Shown here: positions 12,424 to 64,000 of the stretch, piece after piece | How positions within the stretch are numbered: the stretch's first letter is position 1 | How the letters are laid out: each line of letters opens with the position of its first letter | Origin: Callorhinchus milii | Lineage: Eukaryota | Direction: 5' to 3' | Length of the DNA stretch: 64,000 bases | NCBI RefSeq assembly: GCF_018977255.1 | Contig: NW_024704742.1 | Coordinates: forward strand, 29,452,001-29,516,000 | Translations under genes and position numbers: made by a program | Notes under the pieces: generated by a model | Told to the model about the DNA's origin: nothing | Database searches by the model: none | The model's input: only the letters and a program-made list of their open reading frames with translations

Positions 12424-13667
12424 AAATAGCATTGGGATTTTCTTAATAATTGAGGAGGAAAAATATTATTTAAATTGATGTATGTTTTGTTTGGGGGAAA
12501 AAGCCTAGATAAATTATGGAGTAAAAAGAATCCTATTCCTGTCCTTTTGAATGTGCTATGTATATGTATAAATAGACATAATTATCTCACAAAACTACTT
12601 CACTAAAAATAAACTAGAAAGGGTTTTCCCATATGGTACTAAACATTTAGCTCCAGGTGGTATTTCAACCTCACAAGAGACACAACGTTTGTTCCGTTCA
12701 CTGTTCACATGAATCTCCCAGGGAATCAACACTCCACATTTCTTGAGCTCTCATTATGTGTAACGTCTTTTGTAACCCGAGCGTACAAGACAGATGTCAC
12801 TCTTTATTTCCTGATCCTCGACTAGGAATTCAACCCAGTCTATTTGAAAGCAGTAGCCACTTGCCCACAAATACACAGTTGCTGCACCTGCTTTAGTGCG
12901 ATAAAATATCGTGAAATGTTTTGAGATGTGCTGACGTGCCTATCTTAAAGCGCTCTGAGAAGTCACCCGGCGTGGAGGGCGCTATATAAATCCAAGTTGT
13001 TGTTGTGAAAAGGCGCTATACAACAACTTGCGTTTATACAGCGGCCGTCACTTGGGGTAGCATCTCGGAGCGTTACATCAAACGCAAACCATCATTTTTA
13101 TTATAAACTCCCCTCTCTTTTCGGGTCGTGCCAGCATACCTTCACCTGGACAGAAGGACAGGAACCTCGAGCTTCACGTTTCATCTGAAGGACGGCACCT
13201 CCGCACAACGCAGCGTCGCTCCCGCCAGCATCGCGCCGCTGCCAGAGTGCCAGCCCGGAAACCCGCGGGCTCTCAAAACGTCGACCAACACAATTCAAAC
13301 GATCAGTTAATAACAATAATCATCCTTGCGTTTGATACAGCCCCTTATCGCATCTTCGAGACGTCCGAATTTACTGCAAAGCCAACGGACCGTACGATTT
13401 GTGGGCCGAACGCGGCAGCCAATCGCGCCCACGAACAGCGTCCCACAAACAGTTAGGTCTAGCTTGTGACAAAATTGGGCAACGCTTTTTGTTTAAAAAA
13501 AAAAGAAAACTCGTCGAGTGTTTTGAGTGATGTGCACGTTACCCCTTGTAATGGTCAGTCAGGTCAAGGGTTGCCAGAAGTCGACCAACCACCCGCCTAA
13601 AAGTAGCCCAATATCACGCGTTGCCTGTTGTGTTGCGGGGAGCAGAGTGGACAATTTAGGTCATTGC

Positions 13668-14286
13668 CTTCGAATTCAAGATCCTCATCCTCGCCTACAA
13701 GGCCATTCACGGCCTCGCTCCCTCCTACCTCTCTGATCTACTATCCCCCTACCTACCCGCCTGTACCCTCCGTTCCTCTGGCTCCGGTCTCCTCCACATC
13801 CCCCGCCCCAACCGCCCTACCATCGGTGGCCGGGCCTTCAGCCTCTCAGCCCCGAGGCTCTGGAACTCTATCCCCCAGTGCCTTCGCCGCCTCCTCCCTT
13901 TCCTCCTTCAAGGCCGGTCTCAAGACCTTTCTCTTTGACCGAGCCTTCAGCTCCCCTCTCGACTCTCTACCCCCTCCTCACTCCCTCCCCCCTCCCTCAC
14001 CCTGACCATTCCCCCTCCTCGCTCCCTCCTTCCCTCCCCTCACCCTCACCATTTCCCCCCAATGCTCGGGTCCTGACCCAACTGTCAACGCCTTGGGACG
14101 TCCTCCCGACGTGAAAGGCGCTCAATAAATGGAATCTTGTTGTTGTTGTTGAGACCGCGTAAAGGAAAGATCTTCGACTCTCTACCCCCTCCTCGCTCCC
14201 TCGCTCCCCTCCTCGCTCCCTCCCTTCCCTCTCCTCCTCGCTCCCTCCCTTCCCTCCCCTCCTCGCTCCCTCCTCGCTCCCTCCCC

Positions 14287-14359
<73 letters not shown>

Positions 14360-14498
14360 GCTCCCTCCCTCCCCCCCCCCCCACCCCCCCAATGCTCGGG
14401 TCCCGACCCAAACTGTCCAGCGCCTTGGGACGTCCTCCCGACGTGAAAGACGCTCTGTAAATGAAATCTTGCTGTTTGTTGTTGTTGTTGTTGTTGTT
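13668..14498 (+). mobile_element. L2-clade LINE 3' end with a tandem second 3' end containing poly-C
   Basis: RIQFKIL-like coding end; tails at ~14090-14151 and ~14420-14498; CpGs intact, so young. Confidence 0.85.
14288..14357. repeat. poly-C homopolymer (70 nt)
   Basis: uninterrupted C run. Confidence 0.9.
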
Positions 14499-15073
14499 CT
14501 GGGGACGGACGGGACTTCTTGTTAAGTTTGAATGAAAACTGTCACAATTAGGCAGCCGCCCATAACCGTTTCTTCACGCGCAGTAACAGTACAAACCCGC
14601 CCAATTGGGCGTGAAAACCGCCCAAATCTGGCAACATCTGCCATCAACCCTGTCGAAGGAGCAAAGCAACGGTCCTCCGCCTTCCCGTCGTGCCTTGCAC
14701 CCCCCCCCCTCCCACTCCCTCCCTCCTGCAGGTTGCCGTGAATGAGTTGCGCGTGCGCATTGGGACCGGGAGGGCGGGTGCGTGCGTGCGTGCGTGATCA
14801 TTCCCTTCCTCTCGCGAAGGGAGCCGTTCGGTTTGCGTGTTTACGTAAATCCATGCGTGCGTGCGTGCGTACGTACGTCGGAGGAGGAGGAGGAGAGAGA
14901 GCGCGCGAGTCGAGGCGAGCGCAGCACGTGAAGGAGGCGCAGGCTCGAGCCGGCGGCGTGTGTGAGGAGCGCGAGAGAGCGGCCCGGGCCCAGCCTGAGG
15001 CCCGAGTAACCACCATCTCCCCGAGAGCGTCAGAGACAGCACCAGACAGACAGCCGGACAGAGCCAGACAGCC

Positions 15074-54192
<39,119 letters not shown>

Positions 54193-56545
54193 ACGAAGAC
54201 GGTGACTGAAATGGACCCATTTTTGTTGCACGCCTATGATGTCAGCTCCCCACTCTGTGGACGGGAATTGTAAATATGTGTCAGGGTTTCATAAATGCTT
54301 ACAGATCATAGACTTTCAAAATTGGAGGTCTTTTTTTTAATCCTGCTGACTTCAAAAAAATGAAATTTTAGAAGCGACTCCTGTACTACTGTCTGTTAAC
54401 TCCCTGTGAGTGGGAAGATGACATCACTTGAATGCACTCAACACCCTTGCAATTTGGCTTCCCATGTTTTTAATGTAATCTCTAAAAGAATGTTAGACTG
54501 TTAGAAAGGTGGGTGTGATGCAAAAATATGTCCAGTCATTACTTGTCTTGAGATTCTCGTGTTCCTCAAGGTCAGCAGCTATGCTGTCCTAGCACTGGAT
54601 CCTCTAAGCACAAACCTTTATGTCAGGGCTGCAGTGTCTGACAGAAAACAAATGGAAACTACACGCAGACCACAGGAAATGCCTGATGTAAATTGTGATG
54701 TACAGATTAAATGTACCCAGTTTTTTAAAAAAAAACTAGTTAAAAGCAGGATGGGTGTTTGGAATTTGAGGGAGCGCGGGGGAAGGAGAAGAAAGGAAAG
54801 GTAAATTAGGGCGCGTACTGACCACCATTTCTAAATTCTTCGGAGGGTTTCTAACAATCCAAAAGAAACTTAGTACATCTGTAGATCACCAGCTGTATTA
54901 TGAAACAGTTCTGAGTCTCTTTTCACAGTGCTGCTTATTGACGACCTAAATTGGCAAATTTAGGCCATCACCAACCAGTTATTACTTTTTTTTAAAAAAA
55001 ACTTTGAAAAATTGAGTGTATGAAGTAGGAAGCATTTGCTAAATTAACTGTTTCATGTTCTAATTTACAGGACTGGTCCCTAGACTCGGTACTGTTTTGT
55101 TAATGCAGATGCAGATTGTCATCAGCAGTAACTGTACCAGGCGGATTATGTAGAAAATTATACATTGATCATTTGGATACCGGTTTTCCCTTGGTGTAAT
55201 GTGTCAATTATAGTACTTGAAGCCCTACATTTCTAAGGATACTTTTTGCTCTGCAGTTTTACGCATGCCCCAGACTTTGTATGTTTTTAAAAGGGGCACA
55301 GAATTTTTGAGAAAAAAAACAAATTTGCTTCTTTATTTCTGCAGCTACAATTAATTCCCATGGTTGTCTGAAATGCAAAAGGTACCAAATATACAATGCA
55401 ATAAACATTTTTTTTTTGAAAATTGTTCTAGCTGGGATATTTCTTAATATGGTTTTACTTTGCATATTGTCTTCATTGTTTAATTTGACATGCCCCAGAA
55501 TTTCAGTTAATTCTAAAACTCTTAATTCTTGCAGAGAGAGCCTGCTTTCAATCTCTTTCCCCTTCTCCATATGAATATAGTTGTGCAAAATCTGTTCATC
55601 TTCAGACTGTTCTTCAAATCCTGCCTATTAACGATAAACTGAACTGTACATTTCTCTATCCAGGTATTTAAAGAATGTGGTGGTTTTCTTTCAAATTGGC
55701 TTATATTGCAATTTGTCGTAGGATTTTACAATTAAAAGGCGCGGGCACTGCTGCTTTAGTATAAAAGGGCAGAAGAACTTGAGTTTACAAGAATAACATG
55801 GTAGTTTTATTAGCATGTATGCAGGTTAATGCCATCCAATTGTTTCTTTTTAGAAACTTGCTTTTCAAAGATGTTAAATCTTTCAATTAAAACTGCTACA
55901 GTCCTCCTTTTGCCTTTGACTTGATTAACTACACGAACGGAAAGGAAGGCTGCGGAACGCCCTTGGTTAATGTTGCAGGGGTTTTGTGTGCTTTCTGTGT
56001 GATGTGATCATCTCAAAATACAGACTGCAGGCCTGTAGGCAATGGGAAGTCACAGATTCCAAGGTTGGCAAAAATCAGTAGTGGCCAACATCTTTGGTTG
56101 ACTAACAAAATAATCATAGAAATAACAAAATAACATAGATGTATGCCATAATCAAGACATATTAAATCAAGAATAATTCTTGATTCATCTCATCAATCTG
56201 CTATTTTGTTATTTCTATGATTATTTTGTTGGCCAACAAAAATGGTTGGCCACCACTGGCATAAATGATGCAATTCCTCATTAGTTCACAAAATAGGGGT
56301 TTCAGTGGGTCCATATCAGTTTGAACATGACCTCCACCAGCATTTGGTCTTGATCATTTCAGCACTGAGCCGTGTATGCGTGGAGGGTATTTTTTCATGT
56401 CTTCAACATATGGGATAGCACACGGGATACTTGTGCAAAGTGTGGAAATGTGAATCTTTTGCACTTGTGTTATGTGGTTAGTTCCATTTTAGCCTCACTG
56501 GTTGTATTCAGCATCCAATAAACTGGTAGCATTTGTGTCGTTTTG
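54193..56545 (+). other. NAA15: NAA15 3' UTR region with alternative poly(A) signals (end approximate)
   Basis: AU-rich and poor in LINE/SINE repeats; AATAAA 55400-55405, ATTAAA 55731-55736 and 55886-55891, AATAAA 56517-56522 followed by GT-rich sequence. Confidence 0.55.
56076..56258. mobile_element. hAT-type MITE (183 bp) with long terminal inverted repeats and 8-bp TSD
   Basis: Ends CAGTAGTGGCCAAC / GTTGGCCACCACTG; ~60-bp arms; flanks GCAAAAAT (56068-75) and GCATAAAT (56259-66). Confidence 0.85.
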
Positions 56546-57399
56546 TCAAATATATTCCCACAATCCACTCTCCATGTACTTGATTAATTGTTTTCTTACA
56601 AACTGGCTACTTTTTTTTCCACATTTTATTTTGCAAATTAAGTGGAGATTATAATAATAATGGTTACGGTTTGATTGTTGAAAAACTTTGGTAACTCAAA
56701 CCATTTAAAGTGCTTCATAACTCGCATTCAAACACTTCCTATTCTCATCTACATTAAATTTGTTTTACCAAATGTGCATTACAATTTAATCTTGCAATAC
56801 AGTTCTCTATTCTGAAAATCATACTTGATGGAGGAAAGAAAAATCATTCACATAATGCTATGGGGACATACATTTTAGTACGATGGCTGATGTATCCATA
56901 TTCTAGTTCCAAGGAACATTCAGTGATTGGCACTTAGAAAGCTATGTTCCAAATTTAGATACGTGGTAAGGAATTCTGGAAATTCTCGCTTTTGCACAAT
57001 TTCAAGGAACATTTGAGAAGCAACGGCCAGTCGGTGTTTGCTCCTGAGGAGAGAAGGGGAACAGAGAAGACATTAGATATGCATTGTGCAACTTTTGAAG
57101 TGCATTTTGTTTACAAAATAATCCCTCAAATCCAATGATTATAATTTTTTATATATATTAGGCCAATGCAAAGGCATTGTGGCTTCTATTGTTGCACTGC
57201 AGATTGCTTTAAGCCTGTAGGGACACTAATAATGTAAGATTAACTTTAAAATGTACAGAAGTGTAATCTGTTCCCACCATCATTGTATCATAGATTAACC
57301 CCTTATGAAATTTACACTTCAGGTATTGTCCCGCAGCCAGCCTCTGCCCATATTTACATATTTTGTGACATTCAGACCTGGTGCGCCTGCAGTCCTCAT

Positions 57400-57602
57400 G
57401 AAGAGATTTTTCTTCACACAGTAAGGATATGGAATGCCCTGCCAGGAGCTGTGGTCGAGTCAGACTCCATAAATTGCTTTTCAAAAGGAAACCACTACAG
57501 AGGTATGGGAAAGGGCTGGTAAAATGGGACTGAAAGGAATGCTTTTACAGGAGCATGTGGGCTGAATGGCCATTTTCTGGCCTGTAAATTTCTATGGTTC
57601 TA
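57400..57602 (+). mobile_element. CR1-type LINE 3' fragment
   Basis: FLHTVRIWNALPGAVVE-like RT end; gggctgaatggcc...ttctatggttct tail. Confidence 0.75.
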
Positions 57603-59236
57603 AGACTGATCTCTGAATTTAGTGTTTTCTTGGAACTAAGATGCAACAAATTGTACTGTGAATGTGGTTAATTCAGGATTCCCCACAATCTAATAAATGC
57701 CAGTTAACTGCAGCAAAGTAACAAAGTTGCAGGTGATTTACACCAACCTAACCAGAAGCTTGTGCTTCTAAATTGAATTTAATATTCCTGTCTAACTGAC
57801 CTCTTCCTGAAATGTTTTTCCCCCCCGTGACACTTCTTACTTGAGAGGTCAGGAACCATGGGCAGGTGACGTGCCTATCTTGTGTTCACCAGCAGAAATA
57901 ATGAAATTATTGGCAAAACAGGATGTAGGGCTAATTGCTTTTCAGGGGCAACAGATTCAGCAACCATGTAAATTAGTGCCAATAGTTACCAACCCCTTTT
58001 TCAGAACTGACTGGCTATAATAGGCAATCTGCTGCATAGTATTTTTAGTTTTCATCCAGAATGGACCTTGCTTCTTTTCCCTTTCGATTCTCCTTTCTTT
58101 AGACAACTGCTTCATGCTGCAGTTTGGTTTGATGTGCACCAGCTGTGATTGGTACTTTGAAGTGGCCATTTCAGAAGGCAGCATCAACAACAACTTGCAG
58201 TTATATAGCGCTCTTCACACAGGGTAGCGTCCTGGAGCCCTTGACAGTGGCGGAGTTTTGACACCAAGCCAGAGGGAGAGGAGGGGGTAGTTGACCGTAA
58301 GCACGATCACAAATGAAGGTCTTTAGGCAGGATTTGAAAATAGGGAGGGAGGGGGCATCAGCAGTCTGTACAATCGTGGGACATCACTGACAGGTCGATA
58401 CTCGCCCAATGTCCACATGTGCACATTCTAGCAGGAGTACTATCAGAAGCGTAAGATACTACACTTGAGTTGCTTGTCTTCACATACGAGCTTACAGACA
58501 TGATCAGTACCAGGCTCTATGGCTACGGAGGGCATCACAGTCAATCCCTGTCTTCTTACCTGACACCCACACTTACACTCACCAGCAGGGTCACTGGAGA
58601 GGGACCGGAAACCTTATTTTCTCCTCTCTAATCCAGGAGAGGTAAAATCAACTAATCCAAGCAGAGATGGGGAATCGAATATGTGATTTTCATTTTTTTG
58701 TGGCTCAGTCATTTTTAGTGCATATAATGAGTCCTATTCTCTTAGTATTTTTACATTTTGCTCTGTACCTGTCAGTGGAACACTGCAAAACCTCTTGCAG
58801 TTCAGTCTCGAGTTCCTTTAAGAGAGTTTGAACAAGGCTCCTTGTAACTTTACGGTCATCGTCTTCTAATTTTGTCCCATGTCGAATCCATTGCCAAACC
58901 TATAATGGAAATTTAAGTTAAAATATTAAACTATAGTTCCAGGAAATATGTAGTAAGTCATAGTCAGTAGTTTCTACTGTACCCACATTATTATACAGCA
59001 AAGCCCACACCTCAACTTTTTATCACACCACCGCGCAGTGTGTCTCCAGCAACCAGCTAACAACAACAACTTTGCATTTATACAATGTCATTCACATAGG
59101 CTAATGTCTCAGAGTGCTTCACAAAGACGGGATTGGACACAGCAAGGGAGAAGGGAGAGCAGACCATAAATTCAGTTTAAAAGGTAGGTTTTTAGGCATG
59201 ATTTATGGACAGGTTGAACGATGGAGGGAGGCAGGT

Positions 59237-59601
59237 ATAATAATAACCTGTGCATTTGTTATAGAACCTTATCACATTATTGTGACTTCTCAAAGCACTT
59301 CACAGAATATACTGTAAAGTGGATTGACTGTATGAAGTGTGTGAAATGCAGCAGCCAATTGCACACAACTGTGTCCCACAAAGAATCGTGGATTGAGTGA
59401 CCAATTTTTTTTCTTTTTGGAGGGATTATTACCCCTGGAAAGTGATCTGCCAACTAACAACCAGGTTCCTACTTACTACTAGGTAAATGGAGGCGTGTGG
59501 AGTAAGGAAACTTGCCTAAGGTTTCGCCTTGCCCAGGAATCGAACCTGGATCCTCTGACTTGCTAGGCGAGTGCTCTAATCACTACGCTGCTGACACTCC
59601 A
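59237..59601 (-). mobile_element. tRNA-derived SINE, near full length
   Basis: minus head ggagtgtcagcagcgtagtgattagagc...ggttcgattcc; (TAA)n tail. Confidence 0.8.
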
Positions 59602-60938
59602 GTTCCAGAGGTTAGAAGCACAGTAGCTGAAGGCTTAGCACTGAAGTACCAAATACAGAGAAACTGGATATTTATTTATCTCATCAATCCCAGCCTTTGA
59701 CAACAATCCACGGTACAAAATCAATAACTGTCACCCTCATAAGGATACAGTAATTTGCTGCTGATCTATGGTGTGGGATAGATGTCAGCAATTTTCTTTA
59801 CAGGAAGGCTGATTTCACACTGGCAGCATGATGTGTGCAACTGGAGAAAATAAGTGTAAGTGGTATTATATGCAGGTGAAATCTTGTTCATTTTATATTT
59901 CAGATCAAACAATAAAACTGATACTGGGCATGAACCGTCACAACAGGATGGAGTTTACGTGTGGGTCAAAGGCACTTCTCTAACCGGCTTGACAAGGCTC
60001 TGAGACACTGCTCCGTGTGAAGGGCTCTAGATGAATGCAAATTGTTGTTGTTGTTCTAAACCTTTTTTTTAGGCAAACAGAGCAGGCAATTTGCACACAT
60101 CGTGCCACAAACAGCAGATGGGACCTCAGGTTTGAGGTCTCATCCAAAGGACGTGCAAAGCTGTTTGAAAATGTTCCTGAACAACCATTGTGGATTACCA
60201 GGCTCACTGGAAGGCTGTTCCCACTACAAATCAGCAGCCTCACAATCTATATTTCTATAAATATAAATATAAATATTGTATCTACAGTACAAGATAGCAC
60301 CTCCCAGTGTTCCAGTCAACTTTGAGCACTTACCATTATTACTAGACTGGTAGGGGAAGGAGGGCCAGATCCTTATGTCAGGAAGGGAACGGAATGTGGT
60401 AGGGAATATCATTATTTTGTCCTTATCAAAATTGCCACATAGTTGGAGTCCATTCAGCCCATCAAGCTTTGGCTGGTGCTCACACCTCTACTGGTACTGC
60501 GCACCTCTGGTCTAAGTGATACAACTTGAGAGGCTGTTAAGCAACAAACATGTTGCAAATTTTTCAGTCCTAGCTTGACAGCACACTGAGAAGTTGTAAG
60601 AAACAAACAAACAGTCATATTTTGGTTCGGGACATACATATCACTGTTCGTTCGGAGACAAACTCTTCTGAAAACCATGAATGTCAATAAATTAAATACA
60701 TAGTCTCCACCTTGGCTCTCATTTAGGAGTTTTGATTGTTGCTCTATGTTAGGGAAAATAAAACTTACGTTTCTTTTATATTGTTTCTTATATTTTATCC
60801 AATGACAAGGAAACACACTGAAGGTGTCCTCAATGTCAATTCAAACCTCATCCACTGGAAGAGGCACTCGCCACAAAAAGGATCTGCCAAATTCAGTACC
60901 ACTTTTCTTTATGAGGTGCCTTCAAAGAGAATCTTTGG

Positions 60939-61250
60939 ATAATAATAATCCTTGCATTTGATATAGTGCTTTTCACGTCGTCTAGATGTCTCAAAGCGCT
61001 TCACAGAATAGACTGTAAAGTGAATTGACTGTACATTTGTGGGCGAAATACGGCCGCCAATTGCGCACAGCAGTGTCCCACAAACAGTCATGGATTGAAA
61101 ATAACCAATTTATTATTGTTTTGTTCTGGAGGGATTATTATCAGGCGTGTGGATTAAGGAAACTTGCCCAAGGTTTAGCCCTGCCTGGAATTGAACCTAG
61201 GTCTCTCGCTGCAAGGCGAGTGCTCTAACCACTGAGCTACAGGACTCCAC
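60939..61250 (-). mobile_element. tRNA-derived SINE with internal deletion
   Basis: minus head gtggagtcctgtagctcagtggttagagc...ggttcaattcc; tail aaatgcaaggattattatt. Confidence 0.82.
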
Positions 61251-63204
61251 ATATCTTCACATACTTAAGAAAAACTATACCAGATACAGGGTAGGTTCCC
61301 CAACGCGCACCCTGTGGTCCCCAAGCCTTGGCTCTTGCCAACCTGCACCTAATACTTGCCGGAATTAGGTAAGCAGGATGCGTCCCTCCAGGAAGAGGAT
61401 GTGCACCCAACCTCTGGAACTCCATCCCATAGTCCCTCCGTCTCGCCCCCTCCCTCGCCACTTTTGAGACCCACCTCAAGACCCTCCTCTTCCCCCTGCC
61501 CTCCCCCACCCCAACCCTCACCTATGTGTAGGTGGGATGCATGGAATTCTCAGTTTAGTTTGGATACTCTTAAGCCTGGTGATGGGTTTCCGCATGCGTC
61601 AAAGACACCCAGCTGAACCAAAACAAACGGCAGGGTGGTGGAATTGGAGGAAATGGTAGACGCAGAGAAGCCTAGGACTAGGATGAGCACAGTGGGTTTA
61701 ACAGCCTTCTGTGCTGTAAACAACGTACTCTGCTATGATTTCCTTCCCTCGACAGTAACTGAGTTAAGTAACAAAAGAAGGTAACGTGTTTCCAGCAAAG
61801 CCTAGGAGGCGCCCGAGTCTGGAAGAACCAGAAGAAGCTTAAGAGCTGCTGTAAACTTGGATTCCTGCTCTTACGCACAGCACAACCATTAAGACTCATT
61901 AACCATTAATGGGTCATGACATCATTTCCCACGATTCAAGGCAGCTGGTAAGTGCAGGAGTAATGGGGAGTAGGGGAGTGGTGTAACAAGTTAGGAGGTG
62001 ATTAACATGACCAGTGCAAAGAAATCTCAGTGGTTTTGATAGGAAGCTGAATGGGACTCATGTGAATGTATGACTTACGCATTTATATGATTTATAAAGA
62101 TAAGAATTATGTGAGTATTACTATAGCAGGGGCTCACTGGGGTCAAGTTCAGCACCTTGGGATGTCCTCCCATTGTGAAAGGTGCTTTATAAATGTAATT
62201 TTTGTATTGTAAGTGAGAGCTGATGACTACACTATGGTTAAAATCGCTACGATCTATAGAAAATCTCAGAGGCCTTCAGTGTGCAGAGTGACAAGTAGCA
62301 AAGCAGCAGCTCTGACGATTCTCTGACCAGAACAGAATGGAGATCTGATGTTCTTGTCCCTTGGCCATGCTGTTTCAGACAACTAACACCAGGAACTGAC
62401 CCCCATGCCAAAATTGGCCCTTCCATCCCTGTAACCAGCTCTTTCTTCTCCCCACCATCACCAGAATCGGCCTGGTCTGGCTATCTGTCTGCCCCCAGAA
62501 CTAGCTCCCACGCAGAAGAGTCTCCCTGACCCCCGGCACTTGCCTCATGGAACTGGCTTGTCTGCCTCCCCAGGGCCCAGATTGCCTCCCCCCTCTCCTT
62601 CCCCCCAATCCCTCTGTCCCCAGACACTGGCAAACCTCACCTTGTGAACATGAAAGAAATATAGAGCCAAACAGATCAATATTACAGCAAGTGTGTTTCC
62701 CATGCTTCAGATTAACCATTCTTTAGGATGCTGTTTGTGGGACACTGCTATGCGCAAATGGCTGCTGCATTACGCTCACAAAATACACAGTCAATCCACT
62801 TTACAGTAGATCCTGTGAAGCGCTTTAAGACATCTTTACGACTTGATAAGGCGCTATATCAAATGCAAGGATTATTATGCCTAAGTGCTACTTCCATACA
62901 CCTGAACCCACTATAGCACTGTGTGTGCCATTCTGCAGGTAAAATGTGAGGTGGAGTCACCTGCTATACAATTGCAAGCTTAGATACCTGTGATCGGGAA
63001 ATCTCTGCAGTCGCTGAATCTTCCACCTGACCCCGAAAGAAAAAGTGACCTTGACCTGGAAGAGGGGAAAACATGAATAAATAATTTGTCGCAACTCCTT
63101 CAAAGTAAATTGTATCTAACCTTTAGGATACAACCTATTTCAATTCATTTTTACCATGATGTTTTTGCTAGGTGAGCTGTGTGTGTCTCTCCCGAGGGAA
63201 AAAA

Positions 63205-63430
63205 AGAGAATCATAGAATATTGCAGTACAGAAGGAGCCCATTTGGCCCATCGAGCCCGTGCTGGCTGTTTGGAAGAGCTACCCAATCATTCCCAACCCC
63301 TACCCCACACTCTTTCCCTATATCCTTGCAAACTTCTTCTATTCAAGTACCTATCTAATTCCCTTTTGAAAGTTGTTATTTAATCTGTTTCCACCGCTCT
63401 CTCAGGCAGAGCGCAGTTCATTCCAGAGTC
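63205..63430 (-). mobile_element. CR1-type LINE 3' fragment
   Basis: gaatcatagaat...acagaaggagcccatttggcccatcgag...caggcag...cattccaga. Confidence 0.75.
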
Positions 63431-64000
63431 GGAAATTTCTGTGCTTATGTGGAACTCAGTAACGTGGTTTGGATACTATTGAGCGAGGCAATGGGTTTCC
63501 ATGTATATCAGACAACCAGCAAACCAACAAAATGTTTTAAAATATATATTTTGTTGTCAGATACACCCGCTGGTATAAATGTCTAATGCAATAGTTTTTG
63601 CTTGAAAAACTCTTGTAATCGCCTGCTCGAGGTCACTGGTTACAATGAGCATCTTAGGATCTTCTCTCTTTGAGTCCATTACAGAATATAGTCATTGCAG
63701 AGGATTCAGTTTATGATGTTGGGTCCTGTAAACTGCTCTTGTGATCTTGTGTTCCTATTGCCTCACTTCTTTTCGTTCAAGTAATTATGTTGTCTGAGTT
63801 TTTTTGTATATATTGATGATACTTGATTTGTGTGTCTGTATTGTTAGTGTTGATTTGTAAAGTTCTAGTCACAGAACTCAGCCTATCCTGTTTGTGGATA
63901 TTGACTTTGTACAATAGGTTTTAAGTTCAAAAGAATCTCAGTACATTGCAGTGTAATGGAAGTGTGCATAGCTCCCTCTAAAGGGGAGATGTAATCTGCA

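Noticed and set aside
13997..14460. Poly-Gly / poly-Pro ORFs
   Set aside because: Translations of the C homopolymer and LINE 3' UTR low-complexity sequence
61600..62000. Possible exon or start of a downstream gene (donor-like ctg|gtaagt ~61947; RAB33B expected by recalled synteny)
   Set aside because: No CpG island and no GTPase motifs found; cannot be supported

Overview
Vertebrate genomic DNA. The repeat content (L2 and CR1/HE1-type LINE ends, tRNA-derived and Deu-domain SINEs, Penelope-like ends) suggests a cartilaginous fish; this is inference. The window holds one complete 20-exon plus-strand gene, NAA15 (NatA auxiliary subunit). Its CDS runs 15074..54192 and splices to 2598 nt / 865 aa, with a CpG-island promoter, a U12-type intron 3 and a multi-PAS 3' region. 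A second CpG-island promoter at ~600-1000 appears to drive a divergent minus-strand gene. Its candidate first coding exon (784..730) resembles a mitochondrial presequence; NDUFC1 is a candidate by synteny but is not proven. The rest is decayed transposons, including a 2 kb L2 RT fragment, a pogo/Tigger transposase relic and a hAT-type MITE with TSD. The most interesting observations are: (1) intron 12 carries nested U2-like and U12-like splice signals offset by 4 nt at both ends, which keeps the frame; (2) a 33-bp inverted motif is shared by the two divergent promoters; (3) a 113-bp direct repeat brackets exon 2; (4) there are hammerhead-ribozyme-like relics. No prokaryote-type system is present. 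All repeat-family calls are from recalled motifs, not database searches.
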